Below are positions 29,594 through 39,365 of a DNA stretch of 55,665 bases, one piece after another (position 1 is the stretch's first letter; each line of letters opens with the position of its first letter). The DNA comes from an uncultured Bacilli bacterium (GTDB lineage: Bacteria > Bacillota_I > Bacilli_A > RF39 > UBA660): contig CAKOJO010000001.1 in the NCBI GenBank assembly GCA_934090595.1, positions 1 to 55,665 on the forward strand, written 5' to 3'. The notes under the pieces are model-generated. The model searched no databases, had not been told where the DNA came from, and was given only the letters and a program-made list of their open reading frames with translations. The position numbers and the translations under genes were made by a program.

Positions 29594-30409
29594 ATGTTAA
29601 AGGATTTTAATTTTAAGAAAAAGTATGGGCAAAATTTTTTGATTGATAAAAATATTGTTACAAAAATAATAAATAGTATTGATATATTACCTAATAGTTT
29701 AGTTATAGAAATTGGATGTGGGGATGGCAGACTTACTAGTGAATTGTGCAAAAATTTTGATTATGTTCTAGGATATGAAATAGATTTAGATGTGAAAGAT
29801 AGACTTATTGGTAATCTTAGTGATTTTAATAATTACAAAATTATATTTGATGATTTCTTAAATAGAGATTTAATTTATGACTTAAGTGATTTATCTTATT
29901 CTAATATTTGTGTAATAGCTAATTTACCTTATTATGTTACTACTGCGATTATTGAAAAATTAATTTCTTCTGGTATTGATTTTAATTTCATGAATTTTAT
30001 GGTTCAAAATGAGGTGGCTGATAGATTTACTGCTAAAGTTGGAACTAGAGAATATAATTCTTTAACTGTTTTTTTGAATTATAAATATGATGTTAAAAAG
30101 TTGTTTGTTGTAAATAGAAAATGTTTTTATCCTGTTCCTAATGTTGATAGTGCTATAGTTTGTTTTAAGAAAAGAGCTACTGATTTAGATGTTTTGGATG
30201 AAAATTTGTTTTTTAAATTAATTAGAGATTCATTTAAATTTAAAAGAAAAAATTTGAAAAATAATCTTTCAATGTATAATCTTGAAATTGTTTCTGATAT
30301 TTTAAAAAAACATAATTTAGATTTAAGTGCAAGGGCTGAACAACTTGATATAGATATTTTTTGTGAAATTTCAAATGCTTTAAGTGAGGGTAGTATTGAT
30401 GAAAAATAA
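29594..30409 (+). CDS. rsmA: 16S rRNA (adenine1518/1519-N6) dimethyltransferase
   Basis: ORF 29579..30409; ATG 29594 after GGAGG. KKYGQNFL motif, SAM site EIGCGDG, NLPYY. Confidence 0.93.
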   Translation: MLKDFNFKKKYGQNFLIDKNIVTKIINSIDILPNSLVIEIGCGDGRLTSELCKNFDYVLGYEIDLDVKDRLIGNLSDFNNYKIIFDDFLNRDLIYDLSDLSYSNICVIANLPYYVTTAIIEKLISSGIDFNFMNFMVQNEVADRFTAKVGTREYNSLTVFLNYKYDVKKLFVVNRKCFYPVPNVDSAIVCFKKRATDLDVLDENLFFKLIRDSFKFKRKNLKNNLSMYNLEIVSDILKKHNLDLSARAEQLDIDIFCEISNALSEGSIDEK

Positions 30410-31250
30410 TATTAATAGAAATAAAATAATAAAAGACAAAAAAGTAAAAACAGTATTATTTAGTGTTCTTTTTATTGTTTTTGCTATTGGTCTTATTATA
30501 AGTTTGCTTCAAATATTTTTTTGGAGTAATGATAATAATGATATTTTAAAACTTTCTGAAGATATAAGTAAAAATACTGAAGTTAAAATGATTGATAATG
30601 ATAAAAATACTGAAGTTATTGAAGACGAATCTTTAAAAAGTGATAAGGATAATAGTTATTGGCAATTTATTAAAATGCCTTTGATTGATGTTGATATTGA
30701 TAAACTTATTAAGCAAAATAAAGATACTGTTGGTTGGATTAATGTTAATAATACTAATATTAATTATCCATTTATGCAAACAAAGGATAATAAATATTAT
30801 TTGACACACGCTTTTGACAAAAGTTGGAACGATGCTGGGTGGATATTTTTAGATTATAGAAACAATAAAGATTTTTCTAGTAAAAATAATATTATTTATG
30901 GACATTCTAGATTAGATAAAACCATGTTTGGTTCTTTGCATAATGTTCTTAGTAGCAATTGGTATAATAATAAGAATAATCATATTATTAGATTATCGAC
31001 TCAGACTGAAAATACAATGTGGCAAATTTTTTCTGTTTATAAAGTTCCAGTGGAAACTTATTATTTGACTGTTGATTTTCCTAGTTCTTCTGATTATTCT
31101 GATTTTTTAAAAACTATTAAGGATAGAAGTATTCATAGTTTTAAAGTTAATGTCAGTTCTAGTGATAAAATTCTTACACTTAGTACTTGTTCTAATAATA
31201 ATAAACGTGTTGTTGTGCATGCAAAGTTAATCAAGAGAAGTTATAAGTGA
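30399..31250 (+). CDS. srtB: Class B sortase
   Basis: ORF 30384..31250; ATG 30399 overlaps the rsmA end by 11 nt. Close parallel to S. aureus SrtB: VGWINV..TNINYP, NIIYGHSRLDKTMFG, TLSTC...KRVVVHAKL. Confidence 0.85.
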   Translation: MKNNINRNKIIKDKKVKTVLFSVLFIVFAIGLIISLLQIFFWSNDNNDILKLSEDISKNTEVKMIDNDKNTEVIEDESLKSDKDNSYWQFIKMPLIDVDIDKLIKQNKDTVGWINVNNTNINYPFMQTKDNKYYLTHAFDKSWNDAGWIFLDYRNNKDFSSKNNIIYGHSRLDKTMFGSLHNVLSSNWYNNKNNHIIRLSTQTENTMWQIFSVYKVPVETYYLTVDFPSSSDYSDFLKTIKDRSIHSFKVNVSSSDKILTLSTCSNNNKRVVVHAKLIKRSYK

Positions 31251-31302
31251 TTTTTAGTTATTTTATGGATTATTTAGCATATAATTTTTTGGAGATGATT
31301 AT

Positions 31303-32097
31303 ATGCTTTTTAATGTTGGTGATTTAGTTACTAGAAAATCACATAATAATGATACTGTATTTAAAATTGTTAGTATTTCTAATGATGTAGTTATTTTAAA
31401 GGGTCTTAATGTGAGATTAATGGCTGATGCTAATGTTTCAGATTTAGTTCATTGTGATAATTGTGAGAATGATCTGATTTTAGATGATGATAAATTGACT
31501 GATCGAATGATTTCTTTTTCTGAGTTGGATAGGGATGAGTACTTTTATTTGCCAGGTAAGATTTTACATATTGATGCCGATGATGATTATTTAAAACGAT
31601 GTATGAATTTATATAAAAGACTTAATATATTGTCATATGGAGTAGTAGTAAATGAAAGAGATATGCCTAACCAAATTCTTGAACATTTGAATGAAACCAA
31701 TCCTGATATACTTGTTATTACTGGTCATGATGCTTATTATGATAAAAATGATATTGATATTTCAAGTAATTCTAATTATAAAAATAGTATTAATTTTATT
31801 AAAACTGTTATTAATGCTAGAAAGTATGAAAATGATCATGAAAAACTTATTATAATAGCTGGTGCTTGTCAATCAAATTATGAGGAATTAATTAGAGCAG
31901 GAGCTAATTTTGCTAGTAGTCCAAAGAGAATAAATATACATGCACTTGATCCTGCAATTATTGCAAGTAGTGTAAGTTTATCAAATAAAAATAAACCTAT
32001 AGATTTACTTGAAATTTTACAAAAAACTAAATATGGTACAGATGGCATAGGTGGTATTATAACTAATGGTACTATGTATGTGGGGTATCCTAGATGA
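31303..32097 (+). CDS. yabG: Sporulation-specific peptidase YabG
   Basis: Motifs VGDLVTRKS..., PGKILHIDAD.DYL, ILVITGHDAY, and AGACQSNYEELIRAGANFASSPKRINIHALDP match B. subtilis YabG almost motif for motif. Confidence 0.9.
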   Translation: MLFNVGDLVTRKSHNNDTVFKIVSISNDVVILKGLNVRLMADANVSDLVHCDNCENDLILDDDKLTDRMISFSELDRDEYFYLPGKILHIDADDDYLKRCMNLYKRLNILSYGVVVNERDMPNQILEHLNETNPDILVITGHDAYYDKNDIDISSNSNYKNSINFIKTVINARKYENDHEKLIIIAGACQSNYEELIRAGANFASSPKRINIHALDPAIIASSVSLSNKNKPIDLLEILQKTKYGTDGIGGIITNGTMYVGYPR

Positions 32098-32312
32098 CAA
32101 TAGAAAAAATTAGAAATAATATTACTTCTTGTATTGGTAAGGAATATTTGTTTAAAGTTAATGGTGCTAGAAATCAGACTGAAAAATTTTATGGTGTTAT
32201 AACTAGTACTTATAAATTTGTTTTTTTGATAAAGTGTTCTAATGGCATAGTTAAATCCTTTTCTTATTCTGATGTTTTAATTGGTAACATTGAACTCATT
32301 TCAATTTCTTAA
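32094..32312 (+). CDS. veg: Veg protein (biofilm-associated small DNA-binding protein)
   Basis: 72-aa ORF following yabG with a Veg-like pattern (I...I....G....FK.NG.RN.TE...G.I...Y..VF.I). Confidence 0.7.
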   Translation: MTIEKIRNNITSCIGKEYLFKVNGARNQTEKFYGVITSTYKFVFLIKCSNGIVKSFSYSDVLIGNIELISIS

Positions 32313-32442
32313 GTATTTAATTTTTATTACATTTGTTGTTTACAATATTTGGTAAAATGTTGTAAATAATATTGATTTTTTATTTTCTATAATATACAAT
32401 AATATTAGGAGCGGTTGGCTTCATAAAAGGAGGAACTAAAAG

Positions 32443-32700
32443 ATGAAAATTACATCAGTAAATGTACGTAAAGTTGAAAAAGAAGGATCTCGTATGAAAG
32501 GAATTGCATCAGTTTTAATTGATGATTGTTTTGCAATTCATGATATTCGTATAATTGAAGGGGATAATGGTTTATTTATAGCTATGCCTAGTAGAAAGAC
32601 TTCGACTGGTGGATATCGTGATATAGCACATCCAATTAATCCTGAAACTCGTGCATTATTTGAAGAAGCTATTTTAGAAGCATATAAAACTGCTGAATAA
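32443..32700 (+). CDS. spoVG: Septation/sporulation protein SpoVG
   Basis: [53 protein letters not shown]...[12 protein letters not shown] is the canonical SpoVG sequence. Confidence 0.95.
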   Translation: MKITSVNVRKVEKEGSRMKGIASVLIDDCFAIHDIRIIEGDNGLFIAMPSRKTSTGGYRDIAHPINPETRALFEEAILEAYKTAE

Positions 32701-32711
32701 TATAGTATCTT

Positions 32712-32736
32712 ACACACCTTTTGGTGTGTTTTTTTC
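32712..32736 (+). terminator. Intrinsic terminator after spoVG
   Basis: ACACACC-TTTT-GGTGTGT hairpin plus T7. Confidence 0.85.
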
Positions 32737-32779
32737 ATATTTTTTAATTTTTTTCATATTATTTATTAGGAGGAATAGT

Positions 32780-33061
32780 ATGAAAGATAATATAAGTTAT
32801 AGTCATAGTATCAATATTAATGAAAGAAATGGTATTTATATTACTGGAGTTTTAAAGATTGATAGTTTTGATGATGAAGAATTTTTGCTTGAAACTAATA
32901 TGGGATATTTAGCTATTAAGGGAGAAAATCTTGAACTTATAAGGTTAGATACTAAGGATGGTATAGTATCTATCAAGGGTTTGATAATTAGTATGAGTTA
33001 TATAGAAGATTTAAAAAAGTCAAATAAGCAGTCTTCGTTTTTTGAAAAAGTTTTTAAATGA
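32780..33061 (+). CDS. yabP: Sporulation protein YabP
   Basis: ORF 32726..33061; ATG 32780 after AGGAGG. ITGVLKIDSFDDEEFLLETNMGYLAIKGENL...DGIVSIKG parallels B. subtilis YabP. Confidence 0.9.
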   Translation: MKDNISYSHSININERNGIYITGVLKIDSFDDEEFLLETNMGYLAIKGENLELIRLDTKDGIVSIKGLIISMSYIEDLKKSNKQSSFFEKVFK

Positions 33062-33348
33062 GTCTAAGAATTCAAATTTATACTTTTCTTTTTATTTTAT
33101 TTTATAGTTTTTTCTTTTGTTTGTTATTTTTACTTTTAAAAAAAAGATTGCTTCATTATAAAATTTTTTTTAGATTTTTATATAACTTAGTTTTTATGTT
33201 ATTTTATACTTTTATATTTTTATTAATTATTATTAATATAAATAGTGGTATTTTAAATCTTTATTATGTTTTTTTCTTTTTATTTGGAATAATTATTTCA
33301 TATTTTATTATTAAATTTATTGTTGGACACTCAAAGTGTAAACTTTAG
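33058..33348 (+). CDS. yabQ: Spore cortex biosynthesis membrane protein YabQ-like
   Basis: 96-aa, very hydrophobic ORF overlapping the yabP stop by 4 nt. In the yabP-yabQ-divIC order. Confidence 0.6.
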   Translation: MSLRIQIYTFLFILFYSFFFCLLFLLLKKRLLHYKIFFRFLYNLVFMLFYTFIFLLIIININSGILNLYYVFFFLFGIIISYFIIKFIVGHSKCKL

Positions 33349-33357
33349 TGTTTTTTT
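33328..33357 (+). terminator. Putative intrinsic terminator after yabQ
   Basis: CACT(C)AAAGT-GTAA-ACTTTAGTG hairpin plus T7; it overlaps the stop codon. Confidence 0.55.
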
Positions 33358-33424
33358 GTCTAATTTATTGAATATTTTCTTGTCTTTTGCTATTATTTAT
33401 GGTAGAAGGTAGGTGACTAGAATA

Positions 33425-33721
33425 ATGGCGAAAAAAAGAAGAAAAGTTAAAACTAATTTTAAACGTGCTTTTTTAATTACTGTTTTTTGCTTAGTCACTA
33501 ATTTCTTTGTTATTACTTATATTGGTGGAACATTTAAGAATGTTATTGAACTTAAGAAAGAACAAAAAGAACTTTCTGGAACTTTAGTTAGTCTTAAAGA
33601 AGAGGAAGAAACATTAAAATCTGAAGTTAATAAATTACAAGATCCTGATTATATTGCTAAATATGCTAGGGAAAAGTTTATGTATTCAGGTGAAGGAGAA
33701 TATATTATTAGAATCAAATAA
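33425..33721 (+). CDS. divIC: Septum formation initiator DivIC/FtsB family
   Basis: ORF 33413..33721, with ATG 33425. Basic N-terminus, one TM, a coiled coil (LKKEQKELSGTLVSLKEEEETLKSEVNKLQDPDYI) and an AREK tail. Confidence 0.75.
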   Translation: MAKKRRKVKTNFKRAFLITVFCLVTNFFVITYIGGTFKNVIELKKEQKELSGTLVSLKEEEETLKSEVNKLQDPDYIAKYAREKFMYSGEGEYIIRIK

Positions 33722-33788
33722 TAACTTTGTTATTATTTTTTCGTTGAAATTTTTTATAAATAAATATATTATATATGTGGTGATTTTT

Positions 33789-35108
33789 ATGAATGAAGTT
33801 TTTTTATATTTAGATAATCTTTTAAAAGATGATGATATTGTAGTTGTTGGTTGCTCTGGTGGACCTGATTCTATGGCTCTTCTTGATATATTAATGAAAT
33901 ACAGAGATAATATTGGTGTTTCTATTATTTGCTGTCATGTTAATCATAATGTTAGAGAAGAAAGTTATGATGAAATGAAATGGTTAGAAAACTATTGTGC
34001 TTCTAAAAATATAGTTTTTGAAGGAATGACTATTGAAAATTATGGAGAGGATAATTTTGAAAATGAGGCTAGAAATATTAGGTATAATTTTTTTGAAGAG
34101 ATAGTAAAAAAATATAATGCTAATTATTTAATGACTGCTCATCATGGAGATGATTTGATAGAAACTGTTTTAATGAAGATTGTTAGAGGTTCTAATTTAT
34201 CTGGTTATAGTGGATTTAAAACGGATGTTGATAAGGGATTCTATCGAATTATTCGTCCCCTTATTTTTATTACTAAGGATGAACTTGTTTCTTATGATAA
34301 TGCAAATAATATAGATTATGTGATTGATAAAACTAATTTTATGGATATTCATACTCGAAATAGGTATAGAAGAGTAGTATTGCCATTTCTTAAGAATGAA
34401 GATAAAAATGTTCATAAGAAGTTTTTGAAGTATAGTAATACTTTAATAATGTATGATAACTATATTAACGAACAAATTAAGGGTATGATTGATAGTGTTT
34501 ATAATGATCATATTTTGGATATTATTAAGTTTAAAAAGACTGAAGATATTTTTAAAACTAAAATTATTTATTTAATGCTTGAAGATTTTTATCAAGATGA
34601 TATGATTCTTATAAATGATGTCCATGTTGATTTGGTTATAAATCTTATTAACTCAAATAAATCTAATGGTTTTGTTAACCTTCCTAATAATGTTAAGGTT
34701 GTTAAGAAATATAATAAATTATATATTGATTTTGAGACTAAACAAATAGATAATTATGAAATTGAGCTTGGAAATAGTGTTTTATTACCCAACAATAAAA
34801 CTATAGAAAGAGTTTCATTTTTAGATAAAAATGATAATTGTTGTTGCAGATTAAATAGTGCGGATATAGTTTTGCCGATTATTGTTAGAACTAGAAGATC
34901 TGGTGATAAGATGTGTGTTAAGAATATGAATGGAACAAAAAAAGTAAAAGATATTTTTATTGATTCTAAGATTCCAATCGCTGAACGTGATAGTTGGCCT
35001 ATTGTAGTTGATTCTAGTGATAATGTATTATGGATACCTGGTATTAAAAAATCTAAGTTTGATATTCCAAAAAATAAAAAGTGTGATATAATATTATGGT
35101 ATAAATGA
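33789..35108 (+). CDS. tilS: tRNA(Ile)-lysidine synthetase
   Basis: ORF 33654..35108. ATG 33789 removes an implausible N-terminal extension. PP-loop VGCSGGPDSMAL. The C-terminal TilS domain ends with WIPGI. Confidence 0.9.
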   Translation: MNEVFLYLDNLLKDDDIVVVGCSGGPDSMALLDILMKYRDNIGVSIICCHVNHNVREESYDEMKWLENYCASKNIVFEGMTIENYGEDNFENEARNIRYNFFEEIVKKYNANYLMTAHHGDDLIETVLMKIVRGSNLSGYSGFKTDVDKGFYRIIRPLIFITKDELVSYDNANNIDYVIDKTNFMDIHTRNRYRRVVLPFLKNEDKNVHKKFLKYSNTLIMYDNYINEQIKGMIDSVYNDHILDIIKFKKTEDIFKTKIIYLMLEDFYQDDMILINDVHVDLVINLINSNKSNGFVNLPNNVKVVKKYNKLYIDFETKQIDNYEIELGNSVLLPNNKTIERVSFLDKNDNCCCRLNSADIVLPIIVRTRRSGDKMCVKNMNGTKKVKDIFIDSKIPIAERDSWPIVVDSSDNVLWIPGIKKSKFDIPKNKKCDIILWYK

Positions 35109-35124
35109 AAAGGAGGAATTTTTT

Positions 35125-37086
35125 ATGAAAAATAATGCTAAAAGAAATGTATTTCAATACATATCTATATTTATGTTTTTTGCATTAATTTTTGTTTTAT
35201 TTAACGTTTTTTCTGCTAAAGAACATAAGTTTACATATGATGAATTTATTGATAATTTGAATAAGGGAAATGTAACAGAACTTACTGTTGTTCCACGTTC
35301 TAATTCTTCTGTTTATGAAATAAAGGGTAAATTGTCTGATTATCAAGATAAGGAAACTTTTGTTGTTGATGTTCCTTATTCTGATAGTATAATATCAAAT
35401 ATAGTTGATATTGCAGAGAAAAATAGTTTAAAGGTTACTACTGATAAGAATCCAGAAAATAGTTCTTTACTTATGATTATTGTTAATGTGTTACCTTTTA
35501 TAATATTGGTCGGACTTGCGTTTTATTTCTTATCAAAACAAGTAGGAAATGGTTCTAAATCTTTTGATTTTGGAAAAAGTAAGGCAAAGCTTCATACTGA
35601 TAAGAATAAAGTGACTTTTGATGATGTTGCAGGTTTGAAAGAAGAAAAGGTTGAAGTTAAAGAACTTATTGATTTTTTGAAGAATCCAAAGAAATTTCAA
35701 AAACTTGGTGCTAGAATACCAAAGGGTATTTTATTAGTTGGTCCTCCAGGGACTGGTAAAACTTTACTTGCACGTGCAGTTGCAGGAGAAGCTAATGTAC
35801 CATTTTACTATATAAGTGGTTCTGATTTTGTGGAACTTTTTGTAGGTGTTGGTGCTAGTCGTGTAAGAGATATGTTTAAGCAAGCTAAACAAACTGCTCC
35901 ATGTTTAATATTTATTGATGAAATAGATGCTGTTGGTAGACAAAGAGGTACTGGTTTAGGAGGAGGACATGATGAAAGAGAACAAACTTTAAATCAATTA
36001 CTTACAGAAATGGATGGATTTGGTGCTAATGAAGGAATAATTATTATTGCTGCTACTAATAGACCTGATGTTTTGGATCCTGCTCTTCTTAGACCAGGAA
36101 GATTTGATAGACAAGTTACAGTTTCTTTACCTGATTTTAATGAAAGAAAAGAAATACTTAGTGTACATGCTAAGAATAAGGTTTTAGCTAAGGATGTTAC
36201 GTTAGATAATTTAGCTAAGAGAACTTCTGGTTTTTCTGGGGCTGATTTGGAAAATTTACTTAACGAAGCTGCACTTCTTGCAGTTAGACGTGATAAAAAT
36301 GAAGTTACTATGACTGAAATTGATGAAGCTCATGATAGGGTATTGATGGGGCCTGCTAAGACTTCTAGAAATATTACTAAGGAAGACAAGAAAATAACTG
36401 CTTATCATGAAGCTGGTCATGTTGTTGCAGGATTGAAGCTTGAACAATCTAATATTGTTCAAAAAGTTACTATTATTCCACGTGGTATGGCTGGTGGGTA
36501 TACTAATATTCAAAGTGAAGATGAAAGAATGCATACTACTAAGAGAGAACTTTTAGAAACTATTTCTACTTTACTTGCTGGTCGTGTTACTGAAAGCTTG
36601 GTATTTGATGATATAACAACTGGTGCTTCAAATGATATTGAACGTGCTACTAAGATAGCTAGAGCTATGGTTTGTGAATATGGTATGAGTGAACTTGGAC
36701 CAATGCAATTGGAACAAAATGAATCTAGTGTTTTCTTAGGTAGAGATTATAATAAATCTAGAAACTTCTCAGATCAAGTTGCTTTTGAAATTGATAAGGA
36801 AATTAGAAAGATAATAGATGAATGTTATAAGAAAACCGAAGACATTATTAAGAATAATATGAAGCTTGTTGATTTAATTGCAGAAAATCTTGTTAAATAT
36901 GAAACTCTTACTAAAGAGCAAATTGATTATTTAGTAGAAAATGGCAAAATGAAAGATGAAGAAGTAAAGATAGAAGAAAAAGATGATAATACTTTAGATG
37001 AACTTAAATCTCTTGCTAAGGAAAATGGAATTAAAGGATATACTAAAATGAGTAAAGATGAGTTGAAGAAAGAATTAGAAAAGTAA
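35125..37086 (+). CDS. ftsH: ATP-dependent zinc metalloprotease FtsH
   Basis: Two N-terminal TMs, Walker [12 protein letters not shown] region, and zinc site HEAGH. The C-terminal Lys/Glu-rich tail contains a Rho_N-like [24 protein letters not shown] segment. Confidence 0.97.
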   Translation: MKNNAKRNVFQYISIFMFFALIFVLFNVFSAKEHKFTYDEFIDNLNKGNVTELTVVPRSNSSVYEIKGKLSDYQDKETFVVDVPYSDSIISNIVDIAEKNSLKVTTDKNPENSSLLMIIVNVLPFIILVGLAFYFLSKQVGNGSKSFDFGKSKAKLHTDKNKVTFDDVAGLKEEKVEVKELIDFLKNPKKFQKLGARIPKGILLVGPPGTGKTLLARAVAGEANVPFYYISGSDFVELFVGVGASRVRDMFKQAKQTAPCLIFIDEIDAVGRQRGTGLGGGHDEREQTLNQLLTEMDGFGANEGIIIIAATNRPDVLDPALLRPGRFDRQVTVSLPDFNERKEILSVHAKNKVLAKDVTLDNLAKRTSGFSGADLENLLNEAALLAVRRDKNEVTMTEIDEAHDRVLMGPAKTSRNITKEDKKITAYHEAGHVVAGLKLEQSNIVQKVTIIPRGMAGGYTNIQSEDERMHTTKRELLETISTLLAGRVTESLVFDDITTGASNDIERATKIARAMVCEYGMSELGPMQLEQNESSVFLGRDYNKSRNFSDQVAFEIDKEIRKIIDECYKKTEDIIKNNMKLVDLIAENLVKYETLTKEQIDYLVENGKMKDEEVKIEEKDDNTLDELKSLAKENGIKGYTKMSKDELKKELEK

Positions 37087-37146
37087 AATTTTCTAATTTT
37101 TTTTCATTTTAATAAAAATAGATATTTTGTTACTTTGAAGTTTGTC

Positions 37147-37172
37147 AAAAATGTATTGGGAATACATTTTTT
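37147..37172 (+). terminator. Intrinsic terminator after ftsH
   Basis: AAAAATGTATT-GGG-AATACATTTTT hairpin. Confidence 0.7.
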
Positions 37173-37322
37173 GTAACTTAAATGTCTTTTTTTTGTCCAA
37201 ATTTTAATTTTGGTATTATTTTTAGTGATGAAATTTTAAAAAGTACCATTTTACAAGTCTTTTTTAATAGTATATAGTGTTTTTGTAAAGACATTATTCT
37301 TTGAATAGTTAGGAGGTGTTTT

Positions 37323-39365
37323 ATGAGAAAAATGTTTTTAATTTTATTATTTTTTACTGTTTTTTTAGAGGTTGATGCTGTTTCTTATAATGGAAAGTTA
37401 TATGAAGTTCATCATCCTAATTCGGGCTTTACTGTTTTTGCAAGTGAAAGCTTGGGATTTATGGATTATAATAGTTGGATAATAAAGTCTAGTGTTGACA
37501 ATAGAGTTTATTATTGTATTGAACCAGAAACTAAATTAGATGGTGCTTCAAAAGGTAGTCATTCGATGATAACTGGTGATAAAAATATTATTAGTAATTC
37601 TAAACTTACTACTAGTAAGTTTGAAAAAATCAAACTTATTGCATATTATGGATATGGATATAAGGATAATAATGTTGATCATACTAATAAAAAATGGTAT
37701 GGAATTACGCAAGTTATGATATGGAGAATTATGAGGCCTGATCTTACTTGGACTTTTAAATCTAGTAGAAATGCTAGTCCTAATAAAAATCTTTATAGTA
37801 AGGAAGTTGCTGAGATTAATAAATTAGTTAAAGAACATTTAGTAAAACCTAGTTTTGCTTCAAAAAAGTATAAAATTAAGTTGGGTGAATCTATAGAGAT
37901 AAATGATACTAATAAAGTGTTATCCAATTATAATTTAGTTAGTTCTTTGAAGGATATTAAAGTCACAAGAAATGGTGATAATCTTAAAATTACTGCGATA
38001 AAAATAGGCAGTGATAAATTAACTTATAAAAAATCTTCAAGAATGACTGAATCTTTTGCTCTTTTTGCTAGTTCTAGTTATCAAGATATAATTTCTGTTG
38101 GTAATCCTAGTATTTCTAGTTTTAGCTTTGATGTTGAGGTTACTGGTGGTACTGTTAGATTAAAGAAAATTGATTCTTTAAATAATTCTTTTAAAGCTCA
38201 GGGAGATGCTAAGTTAGTTGGCGCTATTTATGAAGTTTTTGATTTAAATGGTAAATCGGTTGGTAAGATTACAATTAATGATAAAGGGTTTGGGGAGTTG
38301 TTTTTAGATTATGGAAGTTACAAAATAAAAGAAGTTAAGGCGCCAGTTGGATATAAGCTAAATAATAAAGTTTATGATATTGTTATTGATAAAGAACACT
38401 TGAATATTGATATTGATGTTTCTGATGATGTTATAAATGGTAAGATTATAATCAAGAAAAAGAAGGGTGGTACTGGTGAAGAGTTAGTCGCTGAAAATAA
38501 TGCGTGTTTTGAAATTAAAGAATCTAGTTCTAATTTTGTTTCAAAGATATGTACAGATAATAATGGAGTTGCTTATGCTACTTTGCCATATGGGAAATAT
38601 AGTATTTCTCAAATTAGTGGAGCAGATGGTTATAATTTTGTTAAAGATTTTGATGTTGACATTACCGAGGAGAAAGAATATGTTTATGAACTTGAAAATT
38701 TACGTCCTTCTAAAGTTATATTTACTAAAGTTGATAAGAGTTTAAATTTGAAGCTTTCTGATGCTTTTATCGAAGTATATGATTCTAATGATAAGATGGT
38801 TTTTAGTGGAAAGACAGATGAAAATGGTATGTTAGAATTTGATAATGTTAAGATTGGAAAGTATTATTTAATTGAAAAAATTGCTCCTAAGTATTATAAA
38901 CTATCTTTAGATAAGATTTATTTTGATGTTGATTCAGATGGTAAGATAATCGATGTTAAAATATCTAATGAGAGAAAAAAGGGAAAATTACTATTTATAA
39001 AGACTGATGGTAGTGGTCTTAAGAGATTGTCTGATGCTTATTTCAAAATATATTTCAAAGATTTTGATAAATTGGTTTATGATGGTAAGACTGATAATGA
39101 TGGTATGATTAAATTAGATAATTTGGATGCTGGTACTTATTGTATTTATGAATCTCTTGCTCCTTCAGGGTATAAACTTGATGATAAACCTAATTGTTTT
39201 GAAATAAAGGATGAAAATGAAGTTATTAAGATTAATATGACTAACAATATGCTTGTAAAAGTTCCTGATACAGGAGAAGTTTCTTTTTCATTTATAATTA
39301 AAGTGTGTTTGATATTTTTTGTTGCTAGTCTAGGTGCGGTGATTTACTATGTTAAAAAGTATTAG
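37323..39365 (+). CDS. Cell-wall-anchored adhesin: N-terminal thioester (TQXA-type) domain, four Cna-B/SpaA-like repeats, VPDTG sorting signal
   Basis: Signal peptide present. Candidate thioester Cys in VYYCIEPE and Gln in GITQVMIW. Repeats carry the pattern G.(L/I)...K.D......L..A.F.(I/V)Y......(V/K)...TD..G.......G.Y...E..AP.GYKL. The C-terminus is VPDTGE, a hydrophobic span, then KKY. Confidence 0.8.
   Translation: MRKMFLILLFFTVFLEVDAVSYNGKLYEVHHPNSGFTVFASESLGFMDYNSWIIKSSVDNRVYYCIEPETKLDGASKGSHSMITGDKNIISNSKLTTSKFEKIKLIAYYGYGYKDNNVDHTNKKWYGITQVMIWRIMRPDLTWTFKSSRNASPNKNLYSKEVAEINKLVKEHLVKPSFASKKYKIKLGESIEINDTNKVLSNYNLVSSLKDIKVTRNGDNLKITAIKIGSDKLTYKKSSRMTESFALFASSSYQDIISVGNPSISSFSFDVEVTGGTVRLKKIDSLNNSFKAQGDAKLVGAIYEVFDLNGKSVGKITINDKGFGELFLDYGSYKIKEVKAPVGYKLNNKVYDIVIDKEHLNIDIDVSDDVINGKIIIKKKKGGTGEELVAENNACFEIKESSSNFVSKICTDNNGVAYATLPYGKYSISQISGADGYNFVKDFDVDITEEKEYVYELENLRPSKVIFTKVDKSLNLKLSDAFIEVYDSNDKMVFSGKTDENGMLEFDNVKIGKYYLIEKIAPKYYKLSLDKIYFDVDSDGKIIDVKISNERKKGKLLFIKTDGSGLKRLSDAYFKIYFKDFDKLVYDGKTDNDGMIKLDNLDAGTYCIYESLAPSGYKLDDKPNCFEIKDENEVIKINMTNNMLVKVPDTGEVSFSFIIKVCLIFFVASLGAVIYYVKKY

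Noticed and set aside
15242-36484. Other CACGTG hexamers (in recR near 15242, mfd near 20281 and 20701, ftsH near 35773 and 36479) as additional parS sites
   Set aside because: The flanks do not match the TGTTT/AAACA arms (several mismatches per half-site), and all lie inside coding sequence.
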